A DNA stretch of 63,587 nt, filler included, from Choristocarpus tenellus KU-1152 (Eukaryota > Protista > Phaeophyceae), in the NCBI GenBank assembly GCA_964200185.2. It is 9 parts of 9 records of this genome, joined end to end, with 100 filler letters (N's around TTAATTAATTAA, not from the genome) between each part and the next. Parts side by side here need not be neighbours in the genome. Positions count along the whole stretch, not along the records: positions 25,483 to 36,942 come from CAXNAD020002303.1; positions 37,043 to 42,738 come from CAXNAD020009980.1; 7 more parts are not named here. One strand, written 5' to 3'. The translations under genes and the position numbers were made by a program. Positions 27,140 to 39,816 of this stretch are shown here, piece after piece. A model generated the notes under the pieces. It was not told where the DNA came from and did no database searches. It worked only from the letters and a program-made list of their open reading frames with translations. Positions within the stretch are counted from its first letter, which is position 1. Every line of letters begins with the position of its first letter.

Positions 27140-30100
27140 AGGGAGAATGGAACTAGTCGAGAAAGGGATAAGGAGATCAGGGATTTGAACAATCAACACA
27201 TGCTCACACCATGCAAAATAGTCTGCATCGTGATTAACCCGTAATTGTCAGAGTAGTGAGAGGAATTGAAATCTGCATAGAACTCTCCACATGATTATGG
27301 TATGCACCTTTGCACCATGCCTTCTCGACAGGATAATTGGATGCCAAAGGGGGGGAACAAAACAAAGTTGTAAACACTTGGATTGAGGAGAATACCATAA
27401 CATACATTGCTTTCTGTTCATTTCATCACGCCACACCATTCTGGCTCACAGATGCAGACCAGGTGTCAGTTCGCTTCACTCCTCCCTCTCAGATACGTTA
27501 TGTCTGTCACCGAGTATAGGTTTCTCCCTATTCTTGTGTGGACTGGTTATGCATCGGTTCCCCTCCACACCCCACAGCTCACTTGGATGAGTGCCTTCGA
27601 AGAATCAACCTCCGAGAGGCATGTCATGCACAGATATTGTAGTCATACCCCACAGATCATCATATCTTTAGGGCTGCTTCGAATGATTTCATGGTGGCAG
27701 TGTAAGTTGGTGCTGATTTGTACTGTAGTGGTACATTCAGAAGTAGTAACTGAAATAGCTAGTGCTCACCCATTAAACAAAGCACAATATGTAGAAATCC
27801 AATATCCTCTTAGTTGGTGTTGATGCTCTTATGCCTCCACTTGTCCTCTGTTACCCTACTCCACACTAGCCCTTGGCGGCTGTTGCTGAGTTTCCAACGG
27901 GAGACACAAGTATCCTGACAATCGAACAGGCCATCTCAAGAACTGGAGAAGAGATGCTTGATGATCTAAATGCCAGGTAGTCCTCCTGGTTCAAACCAGG
28001 AAGTATCGTCAGTTGTCATTTTGGATCCTGTTCATGACATGAATGTATTGGTGATAGGGAATGGATGATTTTCGAATATTAGTAGCAGCCTGAGTGGAGT
28101 GGTACAGTTTCCATTTCTCCTTTCCCCTCATTATGCTACATAGCAAGCTCCTTCTTGATACCCATGCTATGCTCCCCCATCGGCTAGACAGTCGGGGTGC
28201 TCCTGGCCTTGTGCAGTGGCACCTCTGTGGCTGTATGTCTAAAAACAGCTTTGTTGGCATCGACAAACTTGAGCAGCATCATGGGGCTTAACACGACCTA
28301 ACCTAAATGGTCTTAGTAGAGTTTTTGCAGGAAGGGAGCTTTTTACACAAGAGCACCTAATAGGATGTGATGCCACTGGTTTGTAGGTGACTGCATAGTA
28401 GATGTTTTGTATACAGGGTGTCATATTGCAATCAAACTCAGTCCTCCCTTCTGACTATAGCATTGATGAAACTACAGAAAGCTTTTGAAGAGCACGTATG
28501 ATCATATATATAGAACCAGTTATATTCAATCAAGCGTGTTTGATTCCTTGCAGGTATTTCAAGCCTCCTGGAAGGGTCATGATCTGTGGGGATCGATGCT
28601 GTGGCCAGTTAAGATGTCTCTTACACGTCTTCCGCCCAGCAGTATCGCCATGGTATTTTCTATCCCTCTGAGGAAGGAGATAAACAATATGTATGAGTCA
28701 TGTATATCAACGCAATGAATTGTGGAAGCTGATAGAGCCACAGGGAATCATTCACAATGTAGGGGAATCCTTTCTTCATATATCTGTTGTCCTTCATCCG
28801 GAAATGTGGAGAAATATGCATGTATACAACCTTGTTGCCTTTGCATTGACCCACTCAAGGATCCCTAGTGCTTAACCCACCGCTGTAGACTCTCGATATT
28901 AATGCACAGGGGCTAGGGACCATCCAGTAATGTGAATAATTTACTTTCTCACTATATTCAATTGATCCATATATCGTAGCATGTCCTGGCTTCACACACA
29001 TTGGATGTGAATAGAAATGTCAGTTCCAGAATACTAAAAGTACAGAGCCTCTCTCTCCGTAGCACTTTCCCCAAAACATCTACTGCCATGTGCTTCTCCC
29101 TTCAGGATGATGAGCAGACACCTCAGAAGGTTGTGGTCAATGGAAGCCCTTCGCCATTGTTGCCCAAAGAGGAGTACCACCTGGATCGCATCTCTCCCCA
29201 ACGGGACATTGCACCTTCCATGTAAGCAATATCCACCAAATCCCATACATGGAGCCTTGAACATGCTCGTGCCACTCAAAACACTGGAGTCTTCTCCAAA
29301 TCGTTTCTTGTAGCTCACACATGGTGAGGTGTATTTCATGGCGTTACCAACCTGAAATGAAATAGCTGAATCTGAAGTTTTGCCTTGTCTCCACTCACTC
29401 ATGGAATACTCTGCAGCCTTGGAGCCACTCCCACCAGTTTCTCACCACCCATCGTCCATGAAGGCCTGACTCCTGTCAATACCACAGTGAAGGACACTTC
29501 ATGGATAGAGGTGAGGCCCTTGATAAGCGTGATCACGGCTGTTGGCCACCAGGCATGGAGTTGATGTGAACTAGATGTGGACGGTGGTATAGATTGGAAC
29601 GTATTAGAACTCAAGTGCCCACTGCCCGTGCGGTTTCAGCCAAATTGGCCTCTGTTCACCGCCATCAAGACTGTACAGCCCCTGCAGGCAGAATTGTGGG
29701 GCGCTCAAGGAGTTGGTGACTCTATCCCCAATATATAGTCAAGGTAGATTATCCTGACTGTGCCATCCATCTCGAGGTGGGTGAGACCCTTAATTTTTTG
29801 TGTCAGTGAAAGATCAACGAAATCCCTTTTGGATTTGAAGACTCTTCTCGATTATCAAAATCACACCATGTAACCAACGTGTTTTGTCCAACTGTATGTC
29901 CCAGTGCCAAAATATGATGATTTCCCCCTGACAACCGTGGCAGTGCCTCCAAGACACTCGTGGTGCGACTTCTTTGCATACGTCAAGAGCAGGGAAGTCT
30001 CAAAGGAAGAAGCAAAGGAAGGCCCAAAAGAAGGCCCAAAAGGAGGCCCAGGCAGCCGTTTCTTCATCTTTCGTTGTGGGCAACAATACCTGCAATGCCG

Positions 30101-33100
30101 TGAACGGTGGTGTGGCATCCACGGGAGGTGCCACATCAAGGAGAGAGAGGAGGAAGCTCTCCAAGAAGGAGAGGAGAACCAAGAGCCCAGGCGCGCTGGC
30201 TGATGACAAGACAGAGGGCGGAGGAGGTGATGCGGGTGGATGTGGGGTCAATGGTTTTAGTGGAGAGGTGAGTGATGGTAATCCAAGACATGTTGACAAT
30301 GAGAAGCATGGGAGCAGGATGCGGTTGGGATGGCATGGGCAGTGTAGGGAATATCTCTTCTTTTTCCGATAGTGGGCAGTCATGCCTACTAACCTAACAT
30401 ACTTGCAGGATATGTAGAAGGCTTCAGTCGAGTGAGTTTGATGGTTGAGGTTTTCAGATGGTTTCATTAATTAGTCACACTTGTGTCAAAGAGGTAGAGC
30501 ACTGAAACTTCTGTGCAACACGGACTGGCTGGGATTGCAATCTGCCAAAGTTCAATTGGTATGTTGGTTGACTGATGATGTAATGAGGGAATCTCTATCA
30601 CCGCATATCACATTTGAACCAACTGATGGGGAAAAAACAGCAGTGGCTTGCTACTGAGTGTGGTACGGTGTGTATGTTGCCCTGAGCTATGGATGTTTGG
30701 GCTCTTGTCCAGGTTTGACCTCTTCAACATTGCCATCAACCTTTCCCACTCCGTCCTTACATCATAACCCACTGATCTCTGTGTGGCAGCTTCCGCCCCC
30801 TGAGAAGGCTTGGCCTCAAAGAGCTGGCGTTCAGGATCCTTATGTCGACGAGGATGGCAACCTGGTGCTGCCATGTGTAGGTGATGGAAACTGTTTCTTC
30901 CGGGCGGAGATGGTTTGCTGTATGCTGGCCGTGGCCATGGAGGGCGCGGCATTTGGTTGTGTCATCCAAAAGCTCATAGACCAGTGCAGTGCACTTGGTG
31001 GCTGGGTTAAGGTGTGCAGCCCTCTATTTCTGTTGTCATTTGACGACTTCTTGGATCAGTTGACAAAGTGGACATCCTCCTCCCTTACGTCTGATTCCCA
31101 CTGTTGAGTAAGGGCTAGAGTTCTGAGGCAAAGAATGACTGCTGATAGAACATACTGAATTTGTAGCAAGGCTGGGGCTGGGAGCTCCCATTGTTATGAA
31201 GATGCTCTTTTTGTATCGAGGTGAACTGGGTTTGGGGCTAGGGTTAGGGGTGCAGTTAAACTCTGCCAAGATACACAATACCTCAAGTCATACCCCATAA
31301 CCCATCATCAGTGTGTGTGTGTGAGGGTTGATCTCGAGAGGAATGACAATGGCTAGGAATAGGACTTGTTTTGGAGGGAGAATAGAGTTGTGCACACATT
31401 TGCACGGCAGGTCATGCTTAGATTGAAGGTGAAACTGATGGGGTTTATTATGTTTTTCTGCCTCAAGTAACTCCAATACTACTGGTTCTGGTTATTGATA
31501 GAGAAAATATCGATGAAACCCTGCCCATTCTGGGTAACGATCATCCACACCCATACCCACACTTACATACACATACACAGCAGGTTGTCACCCCAAGGGA
31601 GCTCCCCTTACATGCCCCTACTCCTCCCCTATCCACAATTCAGGAAACCTACGGAAGGGAAATCCGGGTGACTAGGGATTTCCTTGGACTCATAGCCAAG
31701 GAAAAGGGTGGGGTGGCATCGGCCCGTGTGACCTTGGATGCGCTCTTGCACGACAAGGAAGGAACTGTTGATCGAGGATTGGTGATTCTTGGGAGGACTA
31801 CTCACCTGGAGGGCTTGGGCTTGCTCGAGCAGGGCGGGGAGGATCTGGTGATAATTCTGTCCGCCATGGCAACACTTGATCATATTCCTCGTAATGCATC
31901 TCTTGCTGCAATTGACTCCTTGAAATGAAGTCTACAAACTCTCCTCGTCTTGGACCCGCTGTGTGCTACAATGGTACTCCAACTTCTGCCTAAACAAGTG
32001 TCTTGGAACTCTTGCAGGGTTCGAGCGGTGATAATGAGATGGAGGTGTCAGATACGCGAATCCTCTGCCACAACGTGCAACCGTGCACTAGCGGTGGGGG
32101 AAGTGCCCTGACCTGGGCCCTAGGTGTCCAACCCTCTGCATTCTACAAGGGATGCCACAACGTCCCAGAGGCAAAGATCTGCGTCAAGTCTCAGGGACCT
32201 CTCTGCCCCTCCTTGAACATCGGAGTAGACAAACCCCATCCATCTGCGGGTCTGTGTGCATTCCTCTCTCCTGTTCCTACATCACTCAGTTTCTTTGTTT
32301 GTTCCCTCTCTGCAATATATGAATGGGATCAGGCATTGTCCCAGTGTGCGCTCCCCTGAAAACCCCGGACAGAAGGCCTACAAGGGCTTGTTGCCCAGGG
32401 TATGGGGACATACTACCGCCATGGGCACTTTGAGATCATCCTCGACAAGGAGTCAGCCATAGGTCGAGAGCTCAGTTGCATGGTGAAACCTGTATCGGAA
32501 CTTAGTTTTGCAGTGGAACCCCTCAATGAGGTGAGCGTGGTTGAATCCTGTCCTCAGATTCTTTCTTTCCCTTCTCTTCTGTGGTATTTGTTCACTGGGA
32601 CATGGAGGTATTCCGTCCCACAGATTTTAATGATTGCTTTGGAGTGTTGGGTATCTTCTTTTCAAAATTTGAAGTGAGAGGATGCGAGATCAATCCAGCT
32701 TGGTCTTGGTAGATTTCCACAAGTACAAAACAGGCTGCCATGCAATGCTCTTGAAGGCGACACAGATATCAAACTGAAGCAATGGTTACATGGCCTCTGG
32801 AATGCTGTGTATATACTGGAAATCAAAGGCCTTCTTGGATCCTTGTGTCAGCAGACTTGCTGAATTGGGGTCCTGGGTTGTGTTGACCAGTTGGTCGCTG
32901 CAACATTGTTCTACAAAGTGTGCTTCTAGTACATGTAGGGCTAGCAGTGATACACAGATAAAGTTTGTTGGCACGGGTGTCATTTGTTGAAGTTAATACG
33001 CATAGCAAGGCCATACCTAGGCTCTTTTGCTGAGTGTAAGGTAGGCACTGAATGTGGTCTTGAGAATCTCAGAGCTCGGTGCCAACATGCCACGCACAAT

Positions 33101-33510
33101 GTACTTGAGCCACAAGGGCTAAGGCTCTCCCCTGCCCCAGAGAATTCCATCACCTGACCCCCTACTCAGAGTAAGGAGCAGTTACTAGCCGTTTCCAGGA
33201 TTAGGCAACACTGTGTTGTTGGTCACGTGTAGAGGTTCAAGCGCCTTCCAAATTTGAGGTTTCAAGCGTCATTGCTGTTGTTGCTCACTTCCATGTCCTT
33301 CAACAACTCAACTGCTTTGAAGGTATTGATCCTATATACTTGGAAGTATCTGCGGTCAACATGACAGACGAAAATTGGTACTTTTCCTCCGGATGCCATT
33401 TCAACCCACTCTGCCACAGGCTGACGAAGAGGCCCAATTGACCCTTGTGCTGCGTAACAGCAAGCTGTCTTTGGATACTGAGAAGCGGCTTGCCTGGCAG
33501 AACGGGTGGG
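27140..33510 (+). pseudogene. Decayed multi-exon gene with an OTU-like cysteine protease (deubiquitinase) domain; outer boundaries approximate
   Basis: Clean phase-0 exons at 29944-30267 (K/R/G-rich) and 30790-31011 (LPCVGDGNCFFRA, the OTU Cys loop). These are followed by 31644-~31973 (in-frame TGA at 31926), 32018-~32250, and 32333-32530 (TGA at 32357, then TYYRHGHFE, a candidate His loop). Further exon-like blocks with stops lie upstream (27140-29220) and downstream (32735-33510). Confidence 0.55.
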
Positions 33511-34827
33511 ATAAATACTATGTATGTTCAATAGTTGTGCCGTGTGTTGCCTGATACATGTGGAATGGTCTTGCTCCCTTGTGGGAAATTTGATGACTTG
33601 GGCCTTCAATTGTGATGCCTTGTGCACATTGAGGGAGGTGCACTCGCATCTCACTTCTTTGACTTCTTGCTCAACGCTTCATGTTGATGTCAAACTCGTA
33701 TCGCACCCCCCCCCTTTGTGTCAGCATCCCCTGTTTCTACAGATAGTGTGTGAATGTGGTTGGGGCGGGTATGTGTGTGTTTTGTGTATATGCTCATAGA
33801 AGATAGGATATCAGGGGTGTGTGTGTTTGAATCCATGAATGCTATAAATACTGTAAATGGGTGCTATGCAAGGGACATGCAAACACCATTGTTGTGTGGG
33901 CCTGGTAGATAGTATGATGTAAGTGCGGTTGTGGCAAGCCAGACTTTCCAGCAAGCTTGGTCAGCTGTGTAACATTAAATATAAAAATATTGGAGACTGC
34001 AGTCATTCTGAAGTGATGACATGGAGTATAGAAGATTTGGATATCAAAATGAAATTTGATTTTGTGCACAGTCACTAAGCCATCACACACAACTAGTTTA
34101 AAATAGGACTAAACTTTCAAGAGATAAGGAAAACTTACCCAAGGCATGTATTCTCAAGAGGAATATAACCTCAAGGCTTTAAAACATCAGAGTGAACTCT
34201 CTAGGGCAGGTCAAAATGAGAGGATACCACAATTACAATAACGTCTCACTAAAAATGCCCTGTTGGTCACACTAGAAAGGAAAAATGGGAGTGTCCATGA
34301 TCATAAGACCAGAAATTTTGGATGACACTACAACTTATTGCACACAGCCAAGGTCAAAACTTCTACTTACAATAAAAATGCCTTTATCTTCAAGTTCAAA
34401 TTGTACGCCTTCCCAGGTGGGTGGGTTATTCCGTGCTTGGTGCAAAATGGCAAGGGGGGGGAAATGCAACTTGATCACACACACGTTAAGTGTAATCTGT
34501 GGCAGCAATGTTCACTTGTTTGAAACACAAGTATTCTCAGAACTTTGCAGGTGTGGAAAATTGATGGGGCAGTTCCAGGTTGCTATACAACCGTCCCAAA
34601 ACAAAGTGAAGAGAAACAAGGGGATCAAAATAAAAAAAATAATCAAGTCAAATTCCCAAAAATTGAAAAATTCAAGCCATGAACCTAAAACTTCATCTCC
34701 AAATGATACTGATAACCGAGATACTTATTGCTAAATTTGTACAAAGCATGTAACACCCATCAAACCTTTAACAAGATAAGTAGAACGCACTCAAGTCAGC
34801 CCACTCCAGCACCAGCACCCAAGACCG

Positions 34828-35903
34828 CTAAGCATCTTTGTCTGGGTCAAAAACATAATCGTCCTTTCCACCAAGACTAATAGGTAGGAACTCATGCGCA
34901 ATGAACTCTGTTAGCCCAGAGGCACTTGCCGGCATGTAAACCTTGGTTTTTGTGACAGGGTTCAGGAACAACTGTATGCAGCAGGAGTCCCCGGGGCAGG
35001 GGCAGCCACGTGTGGTAATGGCGAGAGCACAGGGGAGGGGGGTTATGAGTAAATAATGTAATATAAATAAAGAGCAATGCTTGCAGTGAATACAACGCAA
35101 ACTGCATTCAGTCTTCAGCAGGAGGGTTAAGACGGCATCTTTCTTGATTGAGCTGTAGTAAAGAGTGATGTGTTCACGACAGGGGGTACCTTGACAGGAG
35201 TGAACACACAAAAACAAACATTTCCTACACTTACACCGACGAAGTTACAGGTCACGTAAATGCTTGCCAATGCTAACGATGACTGATAACGGTTAGGAGA
35301 CCCCATACACCAATCCACCCCCACTATCAAAACCCTTTGTGATAAAACACAAGATTCCTTTTCACCCCTGAAGATCTGGGACTTAGCACAAGATATCATC
35401 GCATTTTCACAAGGACCACAGTTGCATCTGCACCAAGATAATGATTACCGGGTTATCCTATCATTGCCGTGTTAATTGATGGAAGAGTCACGACAAACTT
35501 GGTCCGCACTTCGGAAACAGCATGCTTCCTTACACGGCATTCTTAAAACTTAATTCTCGACAGCAAAAGAAACACTCAAGACAATTCAACTTACTCTACA
35601 ATAGCACTCCACTCCACTCCACTCCACTACGCTTAACCCCTACATGTCATCCGCAGGCAACACAAATCCCACTGTTGTGGCACCAGATACCGAACCACTA
35701 TTTCTCGCCAGTTAAGATACAAAAACGCCATACAAGACAGTGGAAACCCTAGCTCAACATACCTTTAAGATTTTCCACATGCCCCGGAAGAACATCCTGG
35801 TGGGGTAAACCAATATAGTGGCACAACGCTCAGGATAGTTAGCCTGCACCAACCCAGCCACATGCTTCCACAGAGCCAGATCAGCAAACTTGCGCTCAAA
35901 CCC
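34828..35903 (-). CDS. CRAL-TRIO/SEC14 lipid-binding domain protein, last two exons
   Basis: Exon 35903-35763 GFERKFADLALWKHVAGLVQANYPERCATILVYPTRMFFRGMWKILK joins exon 34971-34828 LFLNPVTKTKVYM...LTEFIAHEFLPISLGGKDDYVFDPDKDA*. This fits the QxxYPER / FxxxWxxxKxFLxPxTxxK / LPxxLGG signature, with GT-AG phase-0 junctions. Confidence 0.88.
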
Positions 35904-37439
35904 CTGGAAAAAAAAAAAAATCCCGTGTCACTTCCCGTGGCAGGTTGTATCTATATCTGACGGTGTTATGATACTACGAAGGCACTTTAAGGTCATTCAG
36001 GGTTCACTGATGTCGTCGTCTGTGTCACAGCCTCTTCCAGCACATTTTTTTATATGAACAATAAAAAATAAATCGCATTGCTCTACATCATTGAGCGAGC
36101 GAGTGAGTTAGTGACGAGGGTGAAGCAAGCATCATAGACAAGAAGGACACAGCGCCTGTTTAGGTTCACCAACGAGCACGCTATTGATGAACCCTCATGG
36201 GTGTAGCAGCATGCACACCCCCATCCAGGGCAACTTTCAGTACAAGCCTTACTCAGTGCTTTCGTACGTGAGTATGGATTTCTCTCCTTCAGATTTTTTT
36301 GTAATGGACAAGTACGGATGCATGTGACGTCTGCCTGATACCGTAACGTGCTTGCTGCATTGTTGGGATTTTCTTTCACGTGTGTGTCAATTGCCAAAGT
36401 CTAACTTCCAGAACTGGAGGAACACAATGGCATTTGGCGGCCACTCCCGCCATCCAGATGAAGAGATTGAGGCGAGCTAGATGGGTCCCTCAAGAAGCCA
36501 AGAGGCAGCAAGAATCGGTCACTATCTCATTCCCATCGCCTGCACCAAAATCCCTCTTTTCTGCACCTTCCCCGCCCCGCAGCGGCTCTAGTCCACGAAC
36601 TCAAGAGTATTTTCATCTATCTCCTACACATCTGCGGGCGTAACAATGTAACCTGCATGTCCTAAGGTGATAAGATGCCCCAACCCACTCACACAAGAGT
36701 GTGTGCTAGGTTTCTTACAATCTAACATTTCGATATCACTACGGGTTCCAACGCCAAACGCCCTCCAGCATACCAGCAGAGAGAGAGAGAGAGAGAGAGA
36801 GATGCTTACGCTGGTACCTCGAACCGAACAGGAAGATAGTGCTAGAGACACAAAAAAAAAAAAAACCTACCCTGTATCGGTATCTATCAATGTGCACCGA
36901 ATTCAAATCACGGACGTATTTCCAGGGGACTTTTTTTTTTTTNNNNNNNNNNNNNNNNNNNNNNNNNNNNNNNNNNNNNNNNNNNNTTAATTAATTAANN
37001 NNNNNNNNNNNNNNNNNNNNNNNNNNNNNNNNNNNNNNNNNNCCCCAGATATACTTTGACCCACAAAGATCATATCCTAATGTGCACCTTCTTCGGCAAA
37101 AAGATGGTCTGAACAAGGCAAAAGGTATGAGGGTGCTCATCCATATCGAAACCTTGTCAGATATCTCGTCATCTCCCTTTTCAGGTATAATACCGTTACC
37201 ACACTAACCACCTTATTCCTTGGTTTCTCTTTTCCCCTCCTATGATATTGTTTGAGTTGGATGAAACCAACAACATTATTATTTAACTGATGTATGTGAA
37301 GAAGATGCTAGGTATTTGTGTTGACGTATATACCAAATATAATATGAACACATTATTATCGTACTTATCATATTTAAGTATTTACAATGCAGAGAGTGAT
37401 CACTTTCAAATACTTCCATCTAAAAAAGAAGTATGCAGG

Positions 37440-37780
37440 CACTGGACCAGGCATGCAACTTTCCAAGCAAACTGGTATAACCTTGGGGGATCTGTCATTG
37501 ATGACGATGTTATCACCGTTGTGATCAGCCAACGGGGAGTTGCTTTCAAAGATACAGTCAAGTGGTCTATGACAGGGCCCCAGGTGTTTCGCTTGAGATT
37601 AAGGTTGAAATGCTCATAGTTGAAATAGTTGAAGTTTTTTTTTTGGGTTGTATGACGTGGATACTCCAAGAGGGCTCCTATTTGCTGTGTGTCACTTACT
37701 TGCTTGCATGGGGGATGAGTGACTTCCTAAGGGATTGTTGACTGATGTTCGGGGAACTTGCGACTGGAAAATGGAAGCAA
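37440..37780 (-). mobile_element. Possible highly degraded Ty3/Gypsy integrase remnant
   Basis: Minus-strand LDCIFESNSPLADHNGDNIVINDRSPK weakly resembles the MDFI..LP...G.D.I.V..DR.SK integrase start. Many stops are present. Confidence 0.25.
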
Positions 37781-37962
37781 GGAGGGCAGGAGAAGGACTT
37801 GTAGACATGTCTCTAAGACGACCTTGAGAAGTTAGGGTTTGGAGTCAGCTACAAGCTAAAATAATCGAGATTTTAAAAAAAAGATGATTTGTACAATTGC
37901 AGAAAGAGTTTCTGCTGAACTGCGGTATCGCTTTGTGTGTGGAGAGAGTGAACACCAATTTT

Positions 37963-38136
37963 GACCCAAAGCATCTGGGGTGGGGGGTCTACACCAGGGT
38001 GTCCATTTGGGGAAAAATCAGGAAAAGTATATTTACATTATCCATCCGACATATGCAACCAAATCACCCAAAAATCTCGAAATGAAAAATTTGACCCCAA
38101 ATGGACAGCCGCCACCCCCCCCAGATACTTAGAGCC
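37963..38136 (+). mobile_element. MITE family B copy
   Basis: gacccaaagcatctggggtggggg ... cccccccagatacttagagcc, TSD TTT. Confidence 0.85.
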
Positions 38137-38639
38137 TTTTGTGTATACTATTGTGCACATAAAGAAATGAAATCGAGTATATCGCGGAGGGTAAGAAAGA
38201 TGGCTTAGAATGAAAAAGGGCCCCAAACATGCCTACCTCTCAATTAGTTTGGCTCTAAGGGTTGGAGCACCTGTCAGGGCCACAAACCAACAGGAAGCGT
38301 AGTGGTATGCATGGTTGAGTGTGTGGTGAGTGACAGCGCAATGAGCTTCATGACTGAATAGAATGGCATTCCAAGGAAGCTGTGATAGTTAAATAATGTG
38401 GTAAGTCATACCAAATAACCAGCATCAATGGTCGCCCTAGTCACCAACACCACCACCATCACTCCCTTTTGAATGCTGTTTTCTTTTGGGCTGATTTCCC
38501 TTGCATTCTTTGCTCATCTTTGTTCTTCTCTTCAATTCATAATTTGTTTTTGACAATGTTTTCTGAACTGGTTCTATTTTCCTCGTCGTTTTGTTTTTCT
38601 TTGATGTGTTACAACACGGAAGTTTCGGTAGGACCTCCA

Positions 38640-38963
38640 TGTTACAGCATGCTCCATAGCTTACCACCACGGGATCCGTAGCTCCAGTCCACAAGCATAT
38701 AGATTGCGCTGATGCATGTACAGGACTCCTGATGATGCACAAGTAGTTAAGTATGCTGGATCTCTCGCTTGGAATATTCCCTTCAAAAGTATCAATATCA
38801 TCATATATATAAAAGGAACTGGACAGCAATGTCTTAGCTCTAGTGAGCACCATAATGACCAAAAAATAAATAAATAATCAAGAATTACAAATATAAAAAA
38901 TCTAGGACTTCAAGGTCACAATGGCGTTTATGAAACCGCCACAAAGACATATCGCCTGTAACA
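38640..38963 (+). mobile_element. Family C element (second subtype)
   Basis: tgttacagcatgctcc ... atatcgcctgtaaca, colinear with 55842-56145. No clear TSD. Confidence 0.75.
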
Positions 38964-39229
38964 CAGATATATTCCTTGTTTCTTTTCCCAACCAATAGTG
39001 TGTACTATTGGGTACATACATATGATTATTATGCCCTCTAACATTTTGCAGATAGATCCAAGAATTTGGCATCGATGAGATTGGAACTCACGCATGGAAT
39101 GTACACTATCTTAGCAGGCTCACATCTTACTCTCTCGGTCACGATGCTCGTACTGTGTATTGTGTAGCTTGTATTAATTGTTTTGACGAAGAGTAATAGT
39201 AAGTAGTAACAGTAGTAGTGTCGATTATT

Positions 39230-39385
39230 ATAAAACATGTCTGTAAAATGCCAAAAGGAATAAATAATAATATATATATGGAGAACTGTAACTTTTTTCA
39301 GGATTTTTCTGACATGTGAATAGTTTTCATTGGTTTTTTTCAGTGACACATCTCCAAAAATTTCAAAGGGCATAATAATGAAAAA
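39230..39385 (+). repeat. Two very short 3'-end fragments of the CRE-like retrotransposon
   Basis: ctgtaactttttt...atagttttcattgg...gacacatct..aaaa....agggcataataat matches the unit ends at 45123-45210, 46303-46387 and 46985-47026. Confidence 0.6.
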
Positions 39386-39816
39386 TAAAATAATTATTAT
39401 ATATTTATTGGACCCCTTCATCAACCGACTGTGTCATATCGTTGGCCCTGGTATCAACCGTAGTTGACGTTGAAGGAACAACATGGGGATAAATTCACAA
39501 AGGTGTACCTTTTATCATCAATCCATAAAATTATGTTGGCTAACGATTGGTACGTGGTGATTGACTCGCTTCAGACCTGTACTTGATGATTGGTCCAAAC
39601 CCAATATACTATTAATATTGCAATTTACTCTATTCATCATCAGTCCTGGAATGGCGCTTCTGCCCATAAATCACACTACACTCAAGGAAAATTCTGCTCA
39701 TTGGTAATCGGTTCAGGTTAACTAACACCCATCTTCAAACCAAAATCGTCATCCCTTCTATCCATCACCTATACAAGCACTTCAAAAGTAGCTTACTCCT
39801 ACTTCGTTCCAGGATA

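Noticed and set aside
27000-33700. Minus-strand LINE (ORF1 plus reverse transcriptase) interpretation
   Set aside because: No RT or endonuclease motifs were found. The plus-strand exon structure with an OTU motif explains the region better.
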